A stretch of 64,000 nt of DNA from an uncultured Gemmatimonadales bacterium (GTDB lineage Bacteria > Gemmatimonadota > Gemmatimonadetes > Gemmatimonadales > GWC2-71-9): assembly GCA_963825055.1 (NCBI GenBank), contig CAWGSK010000012.1, positions 128,001-192,000 on the forward strand, read 5' to 3'. The notes beneath the pieces were generated by a model. The model saw nothing but the letters and a program-made list of their open reading frames with translations, was not told the DNA's origin and did no database searches. Both the position numbers and the translations under genes were made by a program. This document shows, one piece after another, positions 27,032 to 36,817 of the stretch (the stretch's first letter is position 1; each line of letters opens with the position of its first letter).

Positions 27032-29287
27032 ATGGTCCAGAGCAGACTGCTTTCCCGCTCCATTCTCCTGTGCATGACCGCCCTGGCGCTCCTCGTGCCG
27101 CGGTCGGGGCACGCCCAGGCGCCCGCCGGGCGGGCGTCACTCGAGTCGTTCCGCGATTCCATCGGCACGGTGCGCGACACGACGGCGCTGCTCGAACTGG
27201 AGAAGCGCCTCATCAACGTGGCCCGGGTGGACCGGGACAGCGTCATGCTGCACCTGAAGCTCGGGTTCCTGGCGCTTCGGGTGGGTGACCTCGGCGGGCA
27301 GTCGCACTACGAAGACGCGGCCAGCGAATTCACGTGGGCCACCGACCTCCAGCCCGACTGGCCCTACGGCTGGTACGGGCTGGGCCTTGCCGAGACCGGC
27401 GTCGGCGCGCCCCAGATCTCGTTCATCGCCGGACTACAGCAGATGTTCGGCAAGGATCACCTGACCCGCGCTGCCATGGCCTTTGCCCGCGCGGCCACCG
27501 TCGACCCGTCGTTCGTCAAGGGACTTGTGGAGCTGTCGAACACGGCGCTGCGCCAGCGGGTCAACATCAAGCTTGAGCTGGCGCTGGGCGCGCTCAGGCT
27601 CGCCGCGGGAACGAAGGCGGCCGACGATCCTTCCTTCCAGCTTGTGCGCGGCCAGGTCGAGCGCGAGATCGGCAACCCGGACAGCGCGATCGTCGCCTTC
27701 CGCCGCTATCTCGAGGTCGGAGGGACACGTTCCCTTGGCCTGCTGGAACTGGCCCGCTCGGAGTTCGTGAAGGGGGACCTGGCCGGCGTGAAGCCTTACT
27801 ACGAGGGCGCCGCCATCGATGACACGGCCACCGTCGCGGAGTATCGCCACGACCTCTCGCTCATCGCGGCTGACAGCATGCTCCGGCGCTTCGACGCGAC
27901 GGCAGGGGAGGGACGCGCGGCCTTCCTGCGCTCGTTCTGGTCGGACCGGGCGTGGCGACAGCTCCGCACGCCCGACGAGCGACTCCGTGAGCACTACCGC
28001 CGGATCCATTATGCCAAGCGGAACTTCGCGCTGGTCAGCCCGAACCGGCACTACGACATCATCGAGCGCTATCGTTCCGGCAGTACCGATTTTGACGATC
28101 GCGGGATCATCTACATCCGGCACGGTGAGCCCGATGCCCGCGCGACGCTGACCGGCCATGACCTCGAAGCGAACGAGACCTGGCGGTTCGACCGGGCAGA
28201 CGGGAACCTCGTGTTCCACTTTGTCGCGCGCGAGGATGTGCAGGACTACAAGCTGGTGGAGAGTGTCCAGGATCTCCTGGGGTTTGCGGAATCCGTCCGC
28301 CTTCGCAGCGACCAGGAGGGCGTGACCCGGCGCGGCGTCTATGACGACCTGCTGCAGAGCCGGGAGCAGATCGCGCCGATCTACGGCCGGCTCCAGGCGG
28401 CGGGCCTGACCTCCGTCAACCTGCAGGGCGAGGAACGGCGGCTCGGCCAGCGCAGCATCGAGATCGGCACCACGACGGACAGTTACGAACTGGACTACGA
28501 TGTCGCGCTGCCCCTGCGCAGCAACGTCATTGCACTCGGTGGCGGGGAAGAGGCGAACCGGGTCTTCGTCACCTATGCCATTCCCGGCTCCGAACTGGTG
28601 CCGGTCCGGACGGCGCAGGGCAATGTGTATCCCATCCGGGTGCGAGTGGCCTTCCAGGATCGCTCGGGACACACCGTGTCCACCCTGGACACCACCTCGT
28701 ACTTCCTGAACCAGGGCACCATTCCGCCGGGCGAGCATCTCGTCGGCAAGGTCGTGCTCCCCGTGCCCCCCGGACACCTCACGTACCGCCTTGCGCTGCA
28801 GGAAGGCGATAGCCGGGGCATGGTCTTCGCGACCGATTCCCTCACGGTCGCCCCGCTCAACGGGACCACCTTTGCCGTGAGTGACCTGGTGCTCGGCTGG
28901 CGAAGTGCCAACCTCCGCTGGGTCTCCAGCCGGGGCGATACGGTCTTCTTCAACCCGACCAACGCCTACCGGCCCGGGACCGACATGGAGGTATACTATG
29001 AGGTGTACGGCCTCCCGTCCGGCACGGAGTACCGCACGCAGCTGGTGGTGGAGAAGCAGGGCAGTGGAGGTCTCTTCGGACTCTTCGGCAAGTCAAAGCC
29101 GATCAGCCTGAGTTTCACCGATCGCGCCGACGGCGCCGCCACGGAGGTGCGCCGGAGCATTGCCCTGGACAAGCTCAAACCCGGACGCTACGAACTCCAG
29201 CTCATCATTACCTCACCCGGGGGCCAGAAGGAAACGCGCAAGCGTCCCTTCACCGTGGCGCCCGACGGGAGCACCGCCTCACGATGA
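27032..29287 (+). CDS. Exported TPR / GWxTD-domain protein
   Basis: Signal peptide; TPR-like helices; FW...EHYRRI.YA...F...DDRG.IYIRHGEPD (GWxTD domain with degenerate motif). Confidence 0.75.
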   Translation: MVQSRLLSRSILLCMTALALLVPRSGHAQAPAGRASLESFRDSIGTVRDTTALLELEKRLINVARVDRDSVMLHLKLGFLALRVGDLGGQSHYEDAASEFTWATDLQPDWPYGWYGLGLAETGVGAPQISFIAGLQQMFGKDHLTRAAMAFARAATVDPSFVKGLVELSNTALRQRVNIKLELALGALRLAAGTKAADDPSFQLVRGQVEREIGNPDSAIVAFRRYLEVGGTRSLGLLELARSEFVKGDLAGVKPYYEGAAIDDTATVAEYRHDLSLIAADSMLRRFDATAGEGRAAFLRSFWSDRAWRQLRTPDERLREHYRRIHYAKRNFALVSPNRHYDIIERYRSGSTDFDDRGIIYIRHGEPDARATLTGHDLEANETWRFDRADGNLVFHFVAREDVQDYKLVESVQDLLGFAESVRLRSDQEGVTRRGVYDDLLQSREQIAPIYGRLQAAGLTSVNLQGEERRLGQRSIEIGTTTDSYELDYDVALPLRSNVIALGGGEEANRVFVTYAIPGSELVPVRTAQGNVYPIRVRVAFQDRSGHTVSTLDTTSYFLNQGTIPPGEHLVGKVVLPVPPGHLTYRLALQEGDSRGMVFATDSLTVAPLNGTTFAVSDLVLGWRSANLRWVSSRGDTVFFNPTNAYRPGTDMEVYYEVYGLPSGTEYRTQLVVEKQGSGGLFGLFGKSKPISLSFTDRADGAATEVRRSIALDKLKPGRYELQLIITSPGGQKETRKRPFTVAPDGSTASR

Positions 29288-29351
29288 CCTTCCGGCTGGA
29301 GCAGGGCCCGGGGCGGGTCTTCGTTGTTCTCTCGCCGGGGCTGACTGGTTC

Positions 29352-29381
29352 TTGACGCCGGCCTCCGCGGCGGCGTAGCTT
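29352..29381 (+). promoter_or_regulatory. Sigma70-like promoter; leaderless start of the kinase gene
   Basis: TTGACG-N18-TAGCTT-N6-ATG; no SD sequence. Confidence 0.6.
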
Positions 29382-29387
29382 CGGCCG

Positions 29388-31037
29388 ATGTTCTGCTCCC
29401 GCTGCGGCTCGGAAGTCCCCTCCGACGCCAGGCACTGCACTGCCTGCGGCCACAGCCTGCGTACCACCGCTCCCGCTGACGTTCCACCCTCTGATCTCGA
29501 GCAGGTTCGCGCCGCGCTGGCCGCGGAGTACGACGTGCGCGTCGAACTGGGCCGCGGCGGCATGGCCATCGTCTACCGCGCGCGGGAGGTCGCCCTCGAG
29601 CGGGACGTGGCCATCAAGGTGCTGCCGACGGTGCTCGCGTTCGATGCCGAGTTCATCGAGCGGTTCCAGCGCGAGGCCAGGACGGCGGCTGGCCTCGAGC
29701 ATCCCCACATCATTCCGGTGTACCGGGTGGGTCGCGCGGGTGCCGTGACCTACTTCGTGATGAAGTATCTGCGGGGCGGGTCCCTCAGCGACCTGCTTGG
29801 CCGGCGCGGCCGCCTGTCGCCGCCCGAGGTGCGCCGGCTGCTGATCGATACCGCCTCCGCTCTCGGGCACGCGGCGCGGCGCGGCGTGGTGCACCGGGAC
29901 ATCAAGCCGGATAACATCCTCTTCGACGAAAACGGTTCACCGACCGTCACCGACTTCGGCATCGCCAAGGCGGCCCGGGGCCGGCGATTGACCAGCACCG
30001 GCATGTCCATCGGGACGCCGCACTACATGAGCCCCGAACAGGCCCGTGCCCAGGAAACCGATGGTCGGAGTGATCTCTACAGCCTTGGCGTCGTCGCCTA
30101 TCAGTGCCTGACGGGACGGGTGCCGTTCGACGGGGCCGATGCGTACGCCATCGGCCTGCAGCACATTACCGACCCACTGCCCGAGCCCCTGCTCGGAGAC
30201 CCGGATGAGCGCCGCCTCTTCGCCACCATCCGCCGCCTGCTGGCCAAGCAGCCGGAGGATCGCTTTCCCCATGCGGATGCGCTGGTCGAGGCGCTCTCCG
30301 GGGGCGAGCTCGCGCCGGCCCGGCTCGAGGGGGAGCGGCGCGAGCCGCTCCACCTCCCGCGCGACGCGACGATGCCGGTCAATCCGGCCGCGCCAACGAC
30401 GCCAGCCCCCGCCGTCGCACTCGGAGTGGGCACCCCACGTCCCGCCTTGACGCCGCGGAGCGGAAGGCGCCCGGTGGCGCGCCGTCCCCGTCCGCCGCGC
30501 CGCTCCCGCACGCCCTGGTTGCTGATCACGGTGCTGTTGCTGGCCGCGGCCGGTGGCTGGTACTACGCCAGGTACCGGACCCTGGATCCAGGGGCCTTCA
30601 CGCGGGCAGGCACGGCGCCGGCGCCGGTGGATTCACTCGCGGCCGTGGATTCCCCCGCCCCGGACACGATGCCCTCGGCGCCGCCCGTCGTGGATATTCC
30701 AGCGGCGACACAGGGTCGTCAGGGCCCGCCCCCCGCGGCGGTCATTGCCCCCGCAGCACCGCCTTCCAGCCCCACGACCGATGCCGCCCCGCCCGACTCC
30801 GGAGCCCTCCGCGTGGTCGGTGTGCCACGGGGAACGACGGTCCTGCTCGACGGCCGTCCCGTGCTGACCGCCGTGACCCGCGTACGCACCGGCCGGCACG
30901 TGCTCGCGATCTCGGCGCCACGCCATGAATTCTGGACCGACACCGTTACCATTGTGGTGGGCGAGGTGAGCGAGGTCCGGCCGCAGCTGGTCCCGTTCGG
31001 GACGCCGCGACCGTCGAGTCGCCGCGCCGTCCCCTGA
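29388..31037 (+). CDS. Hanks-type Ser/Thr protein kinase (Zn ribbon, TM, PEGA-like C-terminus)
   Basis: CSRC..CTAC; GRGGMAIVY; HRDIKPDN; DFGIAK; GTPHYMSPEQ. Confidence 0.93.
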   Translation: MFCSRCGSEVPSDARHCTACGHSLRTTAPADVPPSDLEQVRAALAAEYDVRVELGRGGMAIVYRAREVALERDVAIKVLPTVLAFDAEFIERFQREARTAAGLEHPHIIPVYRVGRAGAVTYFVMKYLRGGSLSDLLGRRGRLSPPEVRRLLIDTASALGHAARRGVVHRDIKPDNILFDENGSPTVTDFGIAKAARGRRLTSTGMSIGTPHYMSPEQARAQETDGRSDLYSLGVVAYQCLTGRVPFDGADAYAIGLQHITDPLPEPLLGDPDERRLFATIRRLLAKQPEDRFPHADALVEALSGGELAPARLEGERREPLHLPRDATMPVNPAAPTTPAPAVALGVGTPRPALTPRSGRRPVARRPRPPRRSRTPWLLITVLLLAAAGGWYYARYRTLDPGAFTRAGTAPAPVDSLAAVDSPAPDTMPSAPPVVDIPAATQGRQGPPPAAVIAPAAPPSSPTTDAAPPDSGALRVVGVPRGTTVLLDGRPVLTAVTRVRTGRHVLAISAPRHEFWTDTVTIVVGEVSEVRPQLVPFGTPRPSSRRAVP

Positions 31038-31065
31038 CGACCGTTTCCTCCAGACTGGAATCCGC

Positions 31066-31569
31066 ATGCCGACGATCCACGCCACCGCCTTCGTTGCGCC
31101 CACCGCCGCTGTCATGGGGGATGTGACGCTGGGCGAGGAATCGAGCGTATGGTACCAGGCGGTCCTGCGGGGGGACATGGCGCCGATCCGGATCGGGGCG
31201 CAGACCAACCTCCAGGACGGTACCATCGTTCATGTGGACGAGGATGTGCCCTGCACGATCGGCCAGCGGGTCGGGGTGGGGCACCGGGCGATCCTCCACG
31301 GGTGCACGGTGGAGGACGACTGCCTGATCGGGATGGGCAGCATACTCCTCAATAACGTGCATGTAGGGACGGGGAGCGTGGTGGCGGCCGGGGCGGTCCT
31401 GCCGGAAGGCATGCGTGTGCCCCCCGGTTCGCTCGTCATCGGCGTTCCCGGCCGGATTGTCCGCCAGGTGGACGAGACCCTGACCGCGCGAATCCGCGGG
31501 ACCTGGGAGCATTACGTGGCCCAGGCGCGCGCGCACCGGGAAGGCCGGTATCCGCTGGCCGGGGGGTGA
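31066..31569 (+). CDS. Gamma carbonic anhydrase family / hexapeptide-repeat protein
   Basis: VLRGD, NLQDG..VH, GH.AILHGC. Confidence 0.92.
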   Translation: MPTIHATAFVAPTAAVMGDVTLGEESSVWYQAVLRGDMAPIRIGAQTNLQDGTIVHVDEDVPCTIGQRVGVGHRAILHGCTVEDDCLIGMGSILLNNVHVGTGSVVAAGAVLPEGMRVPPGSLVIGVPGRIVRQVDETLTARIRGTWEHYVAQARAHREGRYPLAGG

Positions 31570-31659
31570 GGAAAGCTGCACCCCCCGTTAGATTTCCACT
31601 CACATAACTTTGTGATGTGAAGAGTAAAAACCGGCGTCGTCCCGGGACTTCTGGCCGTA

Positions 31660-31688
31660 TTGTGCCGGCCTGACTTCTGACCTAGCTT
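31660..31688 (+). promoter_or_regulatory. Putative nrdJ sigma70 promoter
   Basis: TTGTGC-N17-TAGCTT. Confidence 0.45.
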
Positions 31689-31814
31689 ACCCCTCCGCCT
31701 GTTGACCTGGCCGCGTTGTCGAACAGGATGACAGTTGGAAGGAGACGGCTTGATCAGCCCCGACCAGGCCGGCAGTGTGACCCCACGGAACACTTCAGAC
31801 AAAGCGAGTATGCC

Positions 31815-34331
31815 ATGACCCAGTCGTCCACGCCGCGGGACGGAGTTCGGCTTTCGGCCAACGCGATCACGGTGCTGCAGAAGCGATACCTGATCAAGGA
31901 TGAAAGCGGCGAGCCCGTGGAGCAGCCGGAAGACCTGTTCTGGCGCGTGGCGAGGACGATTGCGCAGGCCGACCAGAAGTACGGCGCCTCCGAGGGAGCC
32001 GTCGAAGCCCTGGCCGAGGCCTTCTATGGCCTGATGGCAAACCGGTACTTCATGCCCAACTCACCCACCCTGATGAACGCCGGCCGGCCGCTGGGCCAGC
32101 TCTCGGCGTGTTTTGTGCTGCCGGTTGAGGATGCGCTCTCCAACGGGCACAGCGGCATCTATGACACGCTCCGCTCCATGGCGCTCGTGCACCAGTCCGG
32201 CGGCGGTACCGGCTTCGGGTTCTCGCGCCTGCGGCCCAAGAACGACATCGTCCGGTCCACCATGGGCGTGGCCAGCGGTCCGGTGTCCTTCATGTCGCTG
32301 TATGACGCGTCGACGGACGTGGTCAAGCAGGGCGGGACGCGCCGGGGCGCCAACATGGGCATTCTGCGGGTGGACCACCCGGACATCATGGAGTTCATCA
32401 CCTGCAAGGATGACATCACCAAGGTGACGAACTTCAACATCTCGGTGGCGGTGACCGATGCCTTCATGGCGGCGGCCGAGGCGGACAGCGACTATGACCT
32501 GATCCACCCGAAGACGGGCGAGGTCACCGGGCAGCTCCGCGCGCGTGACGTGTGGGAGCGGATCATCCACGGCGCCTGGAAGACCGGCGAGCCCGGCGTG
32601 TTCTTCATCGATCGCGCCAACGAGTTCAACCCGGTGCCGCAGCTCGGTGCCTACGAGGCCACGAATCCGTGCGGCGAGCAGCCGCTGCTCCCCTACGACG
32701 TCTGCAACCTGGGCTCGATCAACCTCGGCATCTTCGTCAAGGATGGGCAGATCGACTGGGATCATCTCCGGCGGGTGGTGCACCTCTCGACCCACTTCCT
32801 CGAGAACGTGATCGACGCCAACAACTATCCACTGCCCGAGATCACCAGTCTTGCCCAGCGCATCCGGCGGATCGGGCTCGGCGTGATGGGCTATGCCGAC
32901 GTGCTCATCAAGCTCGGCATTCCGTACGACTCGGAGGAGGGCGTGGACCTGGGCCGGAAGCTCCAGGCCTTCGTGGACGAGGAAGGGAAGGTCGAGTCCG
33001 AGCGACTCGCGCTGCAGCGCGGCGTGTTCCCGGAGTGGGAGCGCAGCATCTGGGGGCCGGACGAGACCTGCGCCCGGACCGCCTCCGGCGAGCGGGTGCG
33101 TCCGATGCGCCGGCTCCGGAACTGCAATGTCACCACCGTCGCGCCCACCGGCACCATCTCGATCATCGCCGGCTGCAGCTCGGGCATCGAGCCGCTGTTT
33201 GCCGTGGCGTTCATGCGGAACCAGGCCGGCGTGCTCATGCCCGACGTGAATGAAGACTTCGTGGCCATCGCGAAGGAGGAGGGCTGGCACTCCGAGCAGC
33301 TGATGCAGCGCATCGCCGAGGCGGGCCACATCAACTTCGAGGAAGTGCCGGAGAAGTGGCAGCGCGTCTTCGTCACGGCCAACCACATCAGGCCGGAATG
33401 GCACATCCGGACCCAGGCGGCGTTCCAGGAGAACAACGACAGCGCCATCAGCAAGACCTGCAACTTCGCCAACGACGCCACCGAAGAGTACGTCGAGGAG
33501 ATCTACCGCCTCGCCTACCACCTCGGCTGCAAGGGCGTAACGGTGTATCGGGACGGCAGTCGCGACATGCAGGTATTGTCCACCGGCTCCACCGCCAGGA
33601 AGGTGCAGGACCAGGCCACAGCGAGCGGCAAGTCGGTGGCCCGGGAGGACCTGGTGGCGGTGGTGGCCAAGGGCGGGGAAGAGGCCAAGGAAGCCGTGGC
33701 CGACCTGCGTGGCGAACTCGCCGAGGTCGAGACCGAGAACGAGCGCCTGCGCCGGATGGTGCACGAGCTGGAGGCCGAGAACCTCCAGCGGCGGCAGAAG
33801 CGTTCGCGGCCGGAACTGTTGCGTGGCACCACCCGGCGGGTGGAAACGCCGCTCGGCACGCTGTACGTGACCATCACTGAAGACGAGAAGAGCCAGCCGT
33901 TCGAGGTGTTCATGAGCCTCGGCAAGGCGGGCGGCGCCCTCATGGCTGACGTCGAAGCCCTGGGCCGCCTCATCAGCCTGAGCCTCCGCAGCGGCATCCC
34001 CATGAAGGAGATCCACCGCCAGCTCCGCGGCATCAGTTCCGACCGCGTGATCGGCCTCGGTCTCAACAAGGTGCTCTCCGTGCCGGACGCCGTCGGCATC
34101 GCCATCGAGAAGTGGATGATGGAGAAGCAGGGCGTGCAGCAGGAGCTGCTCCCCCCGGAGCAGGGCGCCGATGTCCCGATGGTCGAGCGAATCACTGCGG
34201 GCGACCAGCAGATGGAACTCTCGCGCGTGAAGCCGGTTCTCGCCGGCGCCTGTCCCGACTGTGGCTCGCAGCTGGAGTTTGCCGAAGGCTGCGTGAAGTG
34301 CCACGTGTGCGGATTCAGTGAGTGCGGGTGA
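31815..34331 (+). CDS. nrdJ: Adenosylcobalamin-dependent (class II) ribonucleotide reductase with C-terminal TSCPD-like domain and Zn ribbon
   Basis: PNSPTLMNAG, SACFV, TNPCGEQPL, CNLGSINL, APTGTIS, YRDGSR; ends CPDC..GCVKCHVCGFSECG; no nrdB partner. Confidence 0.95.
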   Translation: MTQSSTPRDGVRLSANAITVLQKRYLIKDESGEPVEQPEDLFWRVARTIAQADQKYGASEGAVEALAEAFYGLMANRYFMPNSPTLMNAGRPLGQLSACFVLPVEDALSNGHSGIYDTLRSMALVHQSGGGTGFGFSRLRPKNDIVRSTMGVASGPVSFMSLYDASTDVVKQGGTRRGANMGILRVDHPDIMEFITCKDDITKVTNFNISVAVTDAFMAAAEADSDYDLIHPKTGEVTGQLRARDVWERIIHGAWKTGEPGVFFIDRANEFNPVPQLGAYEATNPCGEQPLLPYDVCNLGSINLGIFVKDGQIDWDHLRRVVHLSTHFLENVIDANNYPLPEITSLAQRIRRIGLGVMGYADVLIKLGIPYDSEEGVDLGRKLQAFVDEEGKVESERLALQRGVFPEWERSIWGPDETCARTASGERVRPMRRLRNCNVTTVAPTGTISIIAGCSSGIEPLFAVAFMRNQAGVLMPDVNEDFVAIAKEEGWHSEQLMQRIAEAGHINFEEVPEKWQRVFVTANHIRPEWHIRTQAAFQENNDSAISKTCNFANDATEEYVEEIYRLAYHLGCKGVTVYRDGSRDMQVLSTGSTARKVQDQATASGKSVAREDLVAVVAKGGEEAKEAVADLRGELAEVETENERLRRMVHELEAENLQRRQKRSRPELLRGTTRRVETPLGTLYVTITEDEKSQPFEVFMSLGKAGGALMADVEALGRLISLSLRSGIPMKEIHRQLRGISSDRVIGLGLNKVLSVPDAVGIAIEKWMMEKQGVQQELLPPEQGADVPMVERITAGDQQMELSRVKPVLAGACPDCGSQLEFAEGCVKCHVCGFSECG

Positions 34332-34363
34332 GGAACGGCGAGTAGTAAGAGGTAAGAAGGGAG

Positions 34364-34393
34364 AAGGGCCCTCGGAGACGCGGGCCCTTTTTT
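34364..34393 (+). terminator. Intrinsic terminator after nrdJ
   Basis: AAGGGCCC-loop-GGGCCCTT followed by a T tract. Confidence 0.75.
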
Positions 34394-34534
34394 CGTCGCC
34401 TTCCATTACTGGCGCCCGCTCCGGACCATCGAGTTTCGGCGACCCGGCACCTGACACCCGACTCCCGACCGCCTGTCCACCCTGTCCGCCACTTCCGGCC
34501 GGGGCTAAACTCCATGCAACTCCGGAGGCCCCAC

Positions 34535-35990
34535 GTGATCCTGAAGCGGCTCTACGACGACGGCCTGGCCCAGGCCAGCTACCTGATCGGTTGCGCGGCG
34601 ACCGGCGAGGCCATCGTGATCGACCCCAATCGCGATATCGGCCAGTACCTCGATGCCGCCAGGTCCGAGGGCGTTTCCGTCACGCACGTCACCGAGACCC
34701 ACATCCACGCCGACTTCCTCTCGGGCAGCCGGGAACTCGCCCAGGTCGCCGGGGCACAGCTCTTCCTCTCCGCCCATAGGCGGGACGGACTGGCAGTACG
34801 GCTTCGCGGAGGCGGCGGGAGCGACCCTGCTGCGCGACGGCGATGTCGTCACGGTGGGTAACATCCGGATTCAGGCCATACACACGCCCGGGCACACCCC
34901 GGAACACCTCACCTTCCTCGTGACCGACACGGCCGCGGCCACCGAGCCCATCGGGGCGGTGACGGGGGATTTCATCTTCGTGGGAGACGTCGGCCGCCCG
35001 GATCTCCTGGAGAAAGCCGCGAAGGTGCAGGGGACGATGGAGGATGCCGCCCGTACGCTGTTTCGGAGCCTCCAAGGCTTTCGTGCCCACCCGGACTTTC
35101 TCCAGATCTGGCCCGGCCACGGCGCCGGCAGCGCCTGCGGCAAGGGGATGAGCTCGGTCCCGCATTCCACCATGGGCTACGAGCGGCGTTTCAACTGGGC
35201 CTTCGGCGTGGAGGACGAGGACGCCTTCGTCGAGCAGGTCCTGGCGGGACAGCCGGAGCCCCCGGCGTACTTCGCCGAGATGAAGTTCCGGAACCGGGCC
35301 GGCCCGGCGATCCTCGGCGGGTTCCGCCGGCCGGTGCTGGAGTCGCCCGAACGGCTCACCGAGGTACTCGAGGGAGGCGGGGTGGTGGTGGACGCCCGGC
35401 CGGCTGGGGACTTCGGGCGCGGGCACGTGCCCGGCACGCTGAACATCCCCCTCAACCGCTCGTTTGCGACCTGGGCCGGATGGCTCCTGCCGTACGACAC
35501 GGATCTCTACCTGCTCGGCGACGGCACCGCGACCGCCTGGATCGACACCGCCGTGCGGGACCTGGCCCTGATCGGACTGGACCAGGTCGCCGGCCGGTTC
35601 GATCTTCACGCGCTTGAGCAGTGGGCAGTCTCGCGCCCGCTCCAGAGGGTGCGCCGCATGTCGGTGGCGGAACTCGAGCCGCTGTGGCGCGAAGGCGGGG
35701 TCACGGTCATCGACGTGCGGGGGCGCTCGGAGTGGGAGGCCGGGCATCTGCCCGGTGTGGCCAACATCCCCCTCGGGTACCTGCCGGACCACCTGAACGA
35801 GATTCCTCGCGATCGCCCGGTGGTGCTGCAGTGCCAGAGCGGGAGCCGGAGCGCGATTGGCGCCGGGGTGCTCCAGGCGCGGGGCATCGAGGATGTCTCG
35901 AACCTGGCTGGTGGCTTCGTGGAATGGGCCCGCCAGGGGCTTCCGGTCTCGCGTGAGGCGGATGAGGCGGCGGGGAGTCTGCGTGGGTGA
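34535..35990 (+). pseudogene. MBL-fold persulfide dioxygenase - rhodanese fusion (CstB/Blh-like) with a frameshift near 34775
   Basis: Frame [23 protein letters not shown]; frame B: HTPGHTPEH, GDVGRPDL, HGAGSACG, rhodanese CQSGSRS. Confidence 0.85.
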
Positions 35991-36816
35991 CGCGCCACCC
36001 CTGCCACGTGGCCGCCGACTGACCTACTCGGCCGATCCCGACATCCGGACGGGCGTCGTGTGGCTGGCCCGGATCGGGCTCACGGCCAAAGGACTGGTCT
36101 ACATCCTGATCGGCCTGCTGGCCATCCAGATTCCGCTCGGGATGGGCGGCGCCACCGAAGGCCCCACGGACATCTTCCGGCGCATCGCCAGGCAGCCCTT
36201 CGGGACTGCGCTGCTGACGGCGCTCGGTGCCGGCATGCTCTGCTACGCCCTCTGGCGCCTGGCCCAGGCGTTTCTCGACACGGAGCACGTCGAGCGGCAT
36301 GGCCAGACGAAGTGGGCCCGGGTCGGGTTTGCCGTGTCCGGCCTGATCTACGGCGGGTTGGCGCTTGGCGCATTCCGGATCGTCTTTTCGGATGACAGCT
36401 CCCGGGGGGCGGCCCGGGCCTGGACCGCCCGGGCGCTGGACCTGCCCGGCGGGCGCCTCCTGGTGGCGCTCGCCGGCCTCATCACGGTGGGGGCGGGACT
36501 CTACTTCTGGTGGCGCATGCGCGCGTCCCGTCTCGCCGAGGACCTGGACGGATGTGCGTTGACGGAAGGGGGCCGCCGCGGCGCCATGTGGCTGGGGCGG
36601 TTCGGATACGCGGCGTTCGGGACCGGCATTGGCCTGATTGGCGTGTTCCTGCTGCACGCCGCGCTGAGCCGGGATCCGGGGGAGGTGGGTGGGATGCGCG
36701 AGGCGCTGCAGTCGCTCGCGGCCGCGCCGATGGGCCCGTGGGTGCTGGGCGCGATGGCGGCGGGACTGGCCGCTTTCGGCGCCTACATGCTGGTCGAGGC
36801 GAGTTGCCGCGTCTGA
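35983..36816 (+). CDS. DUF1206-family membrane protein (start uncertain)
   Basis: Three repeats of (AR)xG..A.G..Y; QPFG..LL; multiple TM helices. Confidence 0.7.
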   Translation: MGDAPPLPRGRRLTYSADPDIRTGVVWLARIGLTAKGLVYILIGLLAIQIPLGMGGATEGPTDIFRRIARQPFGTALLTALGAGMLCYALWRLAQAFLDTEHVERHGQTKWARVGFAVSGLIYGGLALGAFRIVFSDDSSRGAARAWTARALDLPGGRLLVALAGLITVGAGLYFWWRMRASRLAEDLDGCALTEGGRRGAMWLGRFGYAAFGTGIGLIGVFLLHAALSRDPGEVGGMREALQSLAAAPMGPWVLGAMAAGLAAFGAYMLVEASCRV

Positions 36817-36817
36817 T

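Noticed and set aside
31570..31814. Cobalamin riboswitch upstream of nrdJ
   Set aside because: No recognisable GGGAA...GCCCCCGCAACTGT / GCCACTG B12-box core
31815..34331. Intein or intron in nrdJ
   Set aside because: Catalytic motifs are contiguous; no intein-like C...HN block or endonuclease insert
32061..34457. Long antisense or alternative-frame ORFs (for example 32061-34457 -, 19834-22221 +, 13181-14863 +, 9041-10864 +)
   Set aside because: Shadow ORFs expected at high GC opposite well-supported genes; no family motifs
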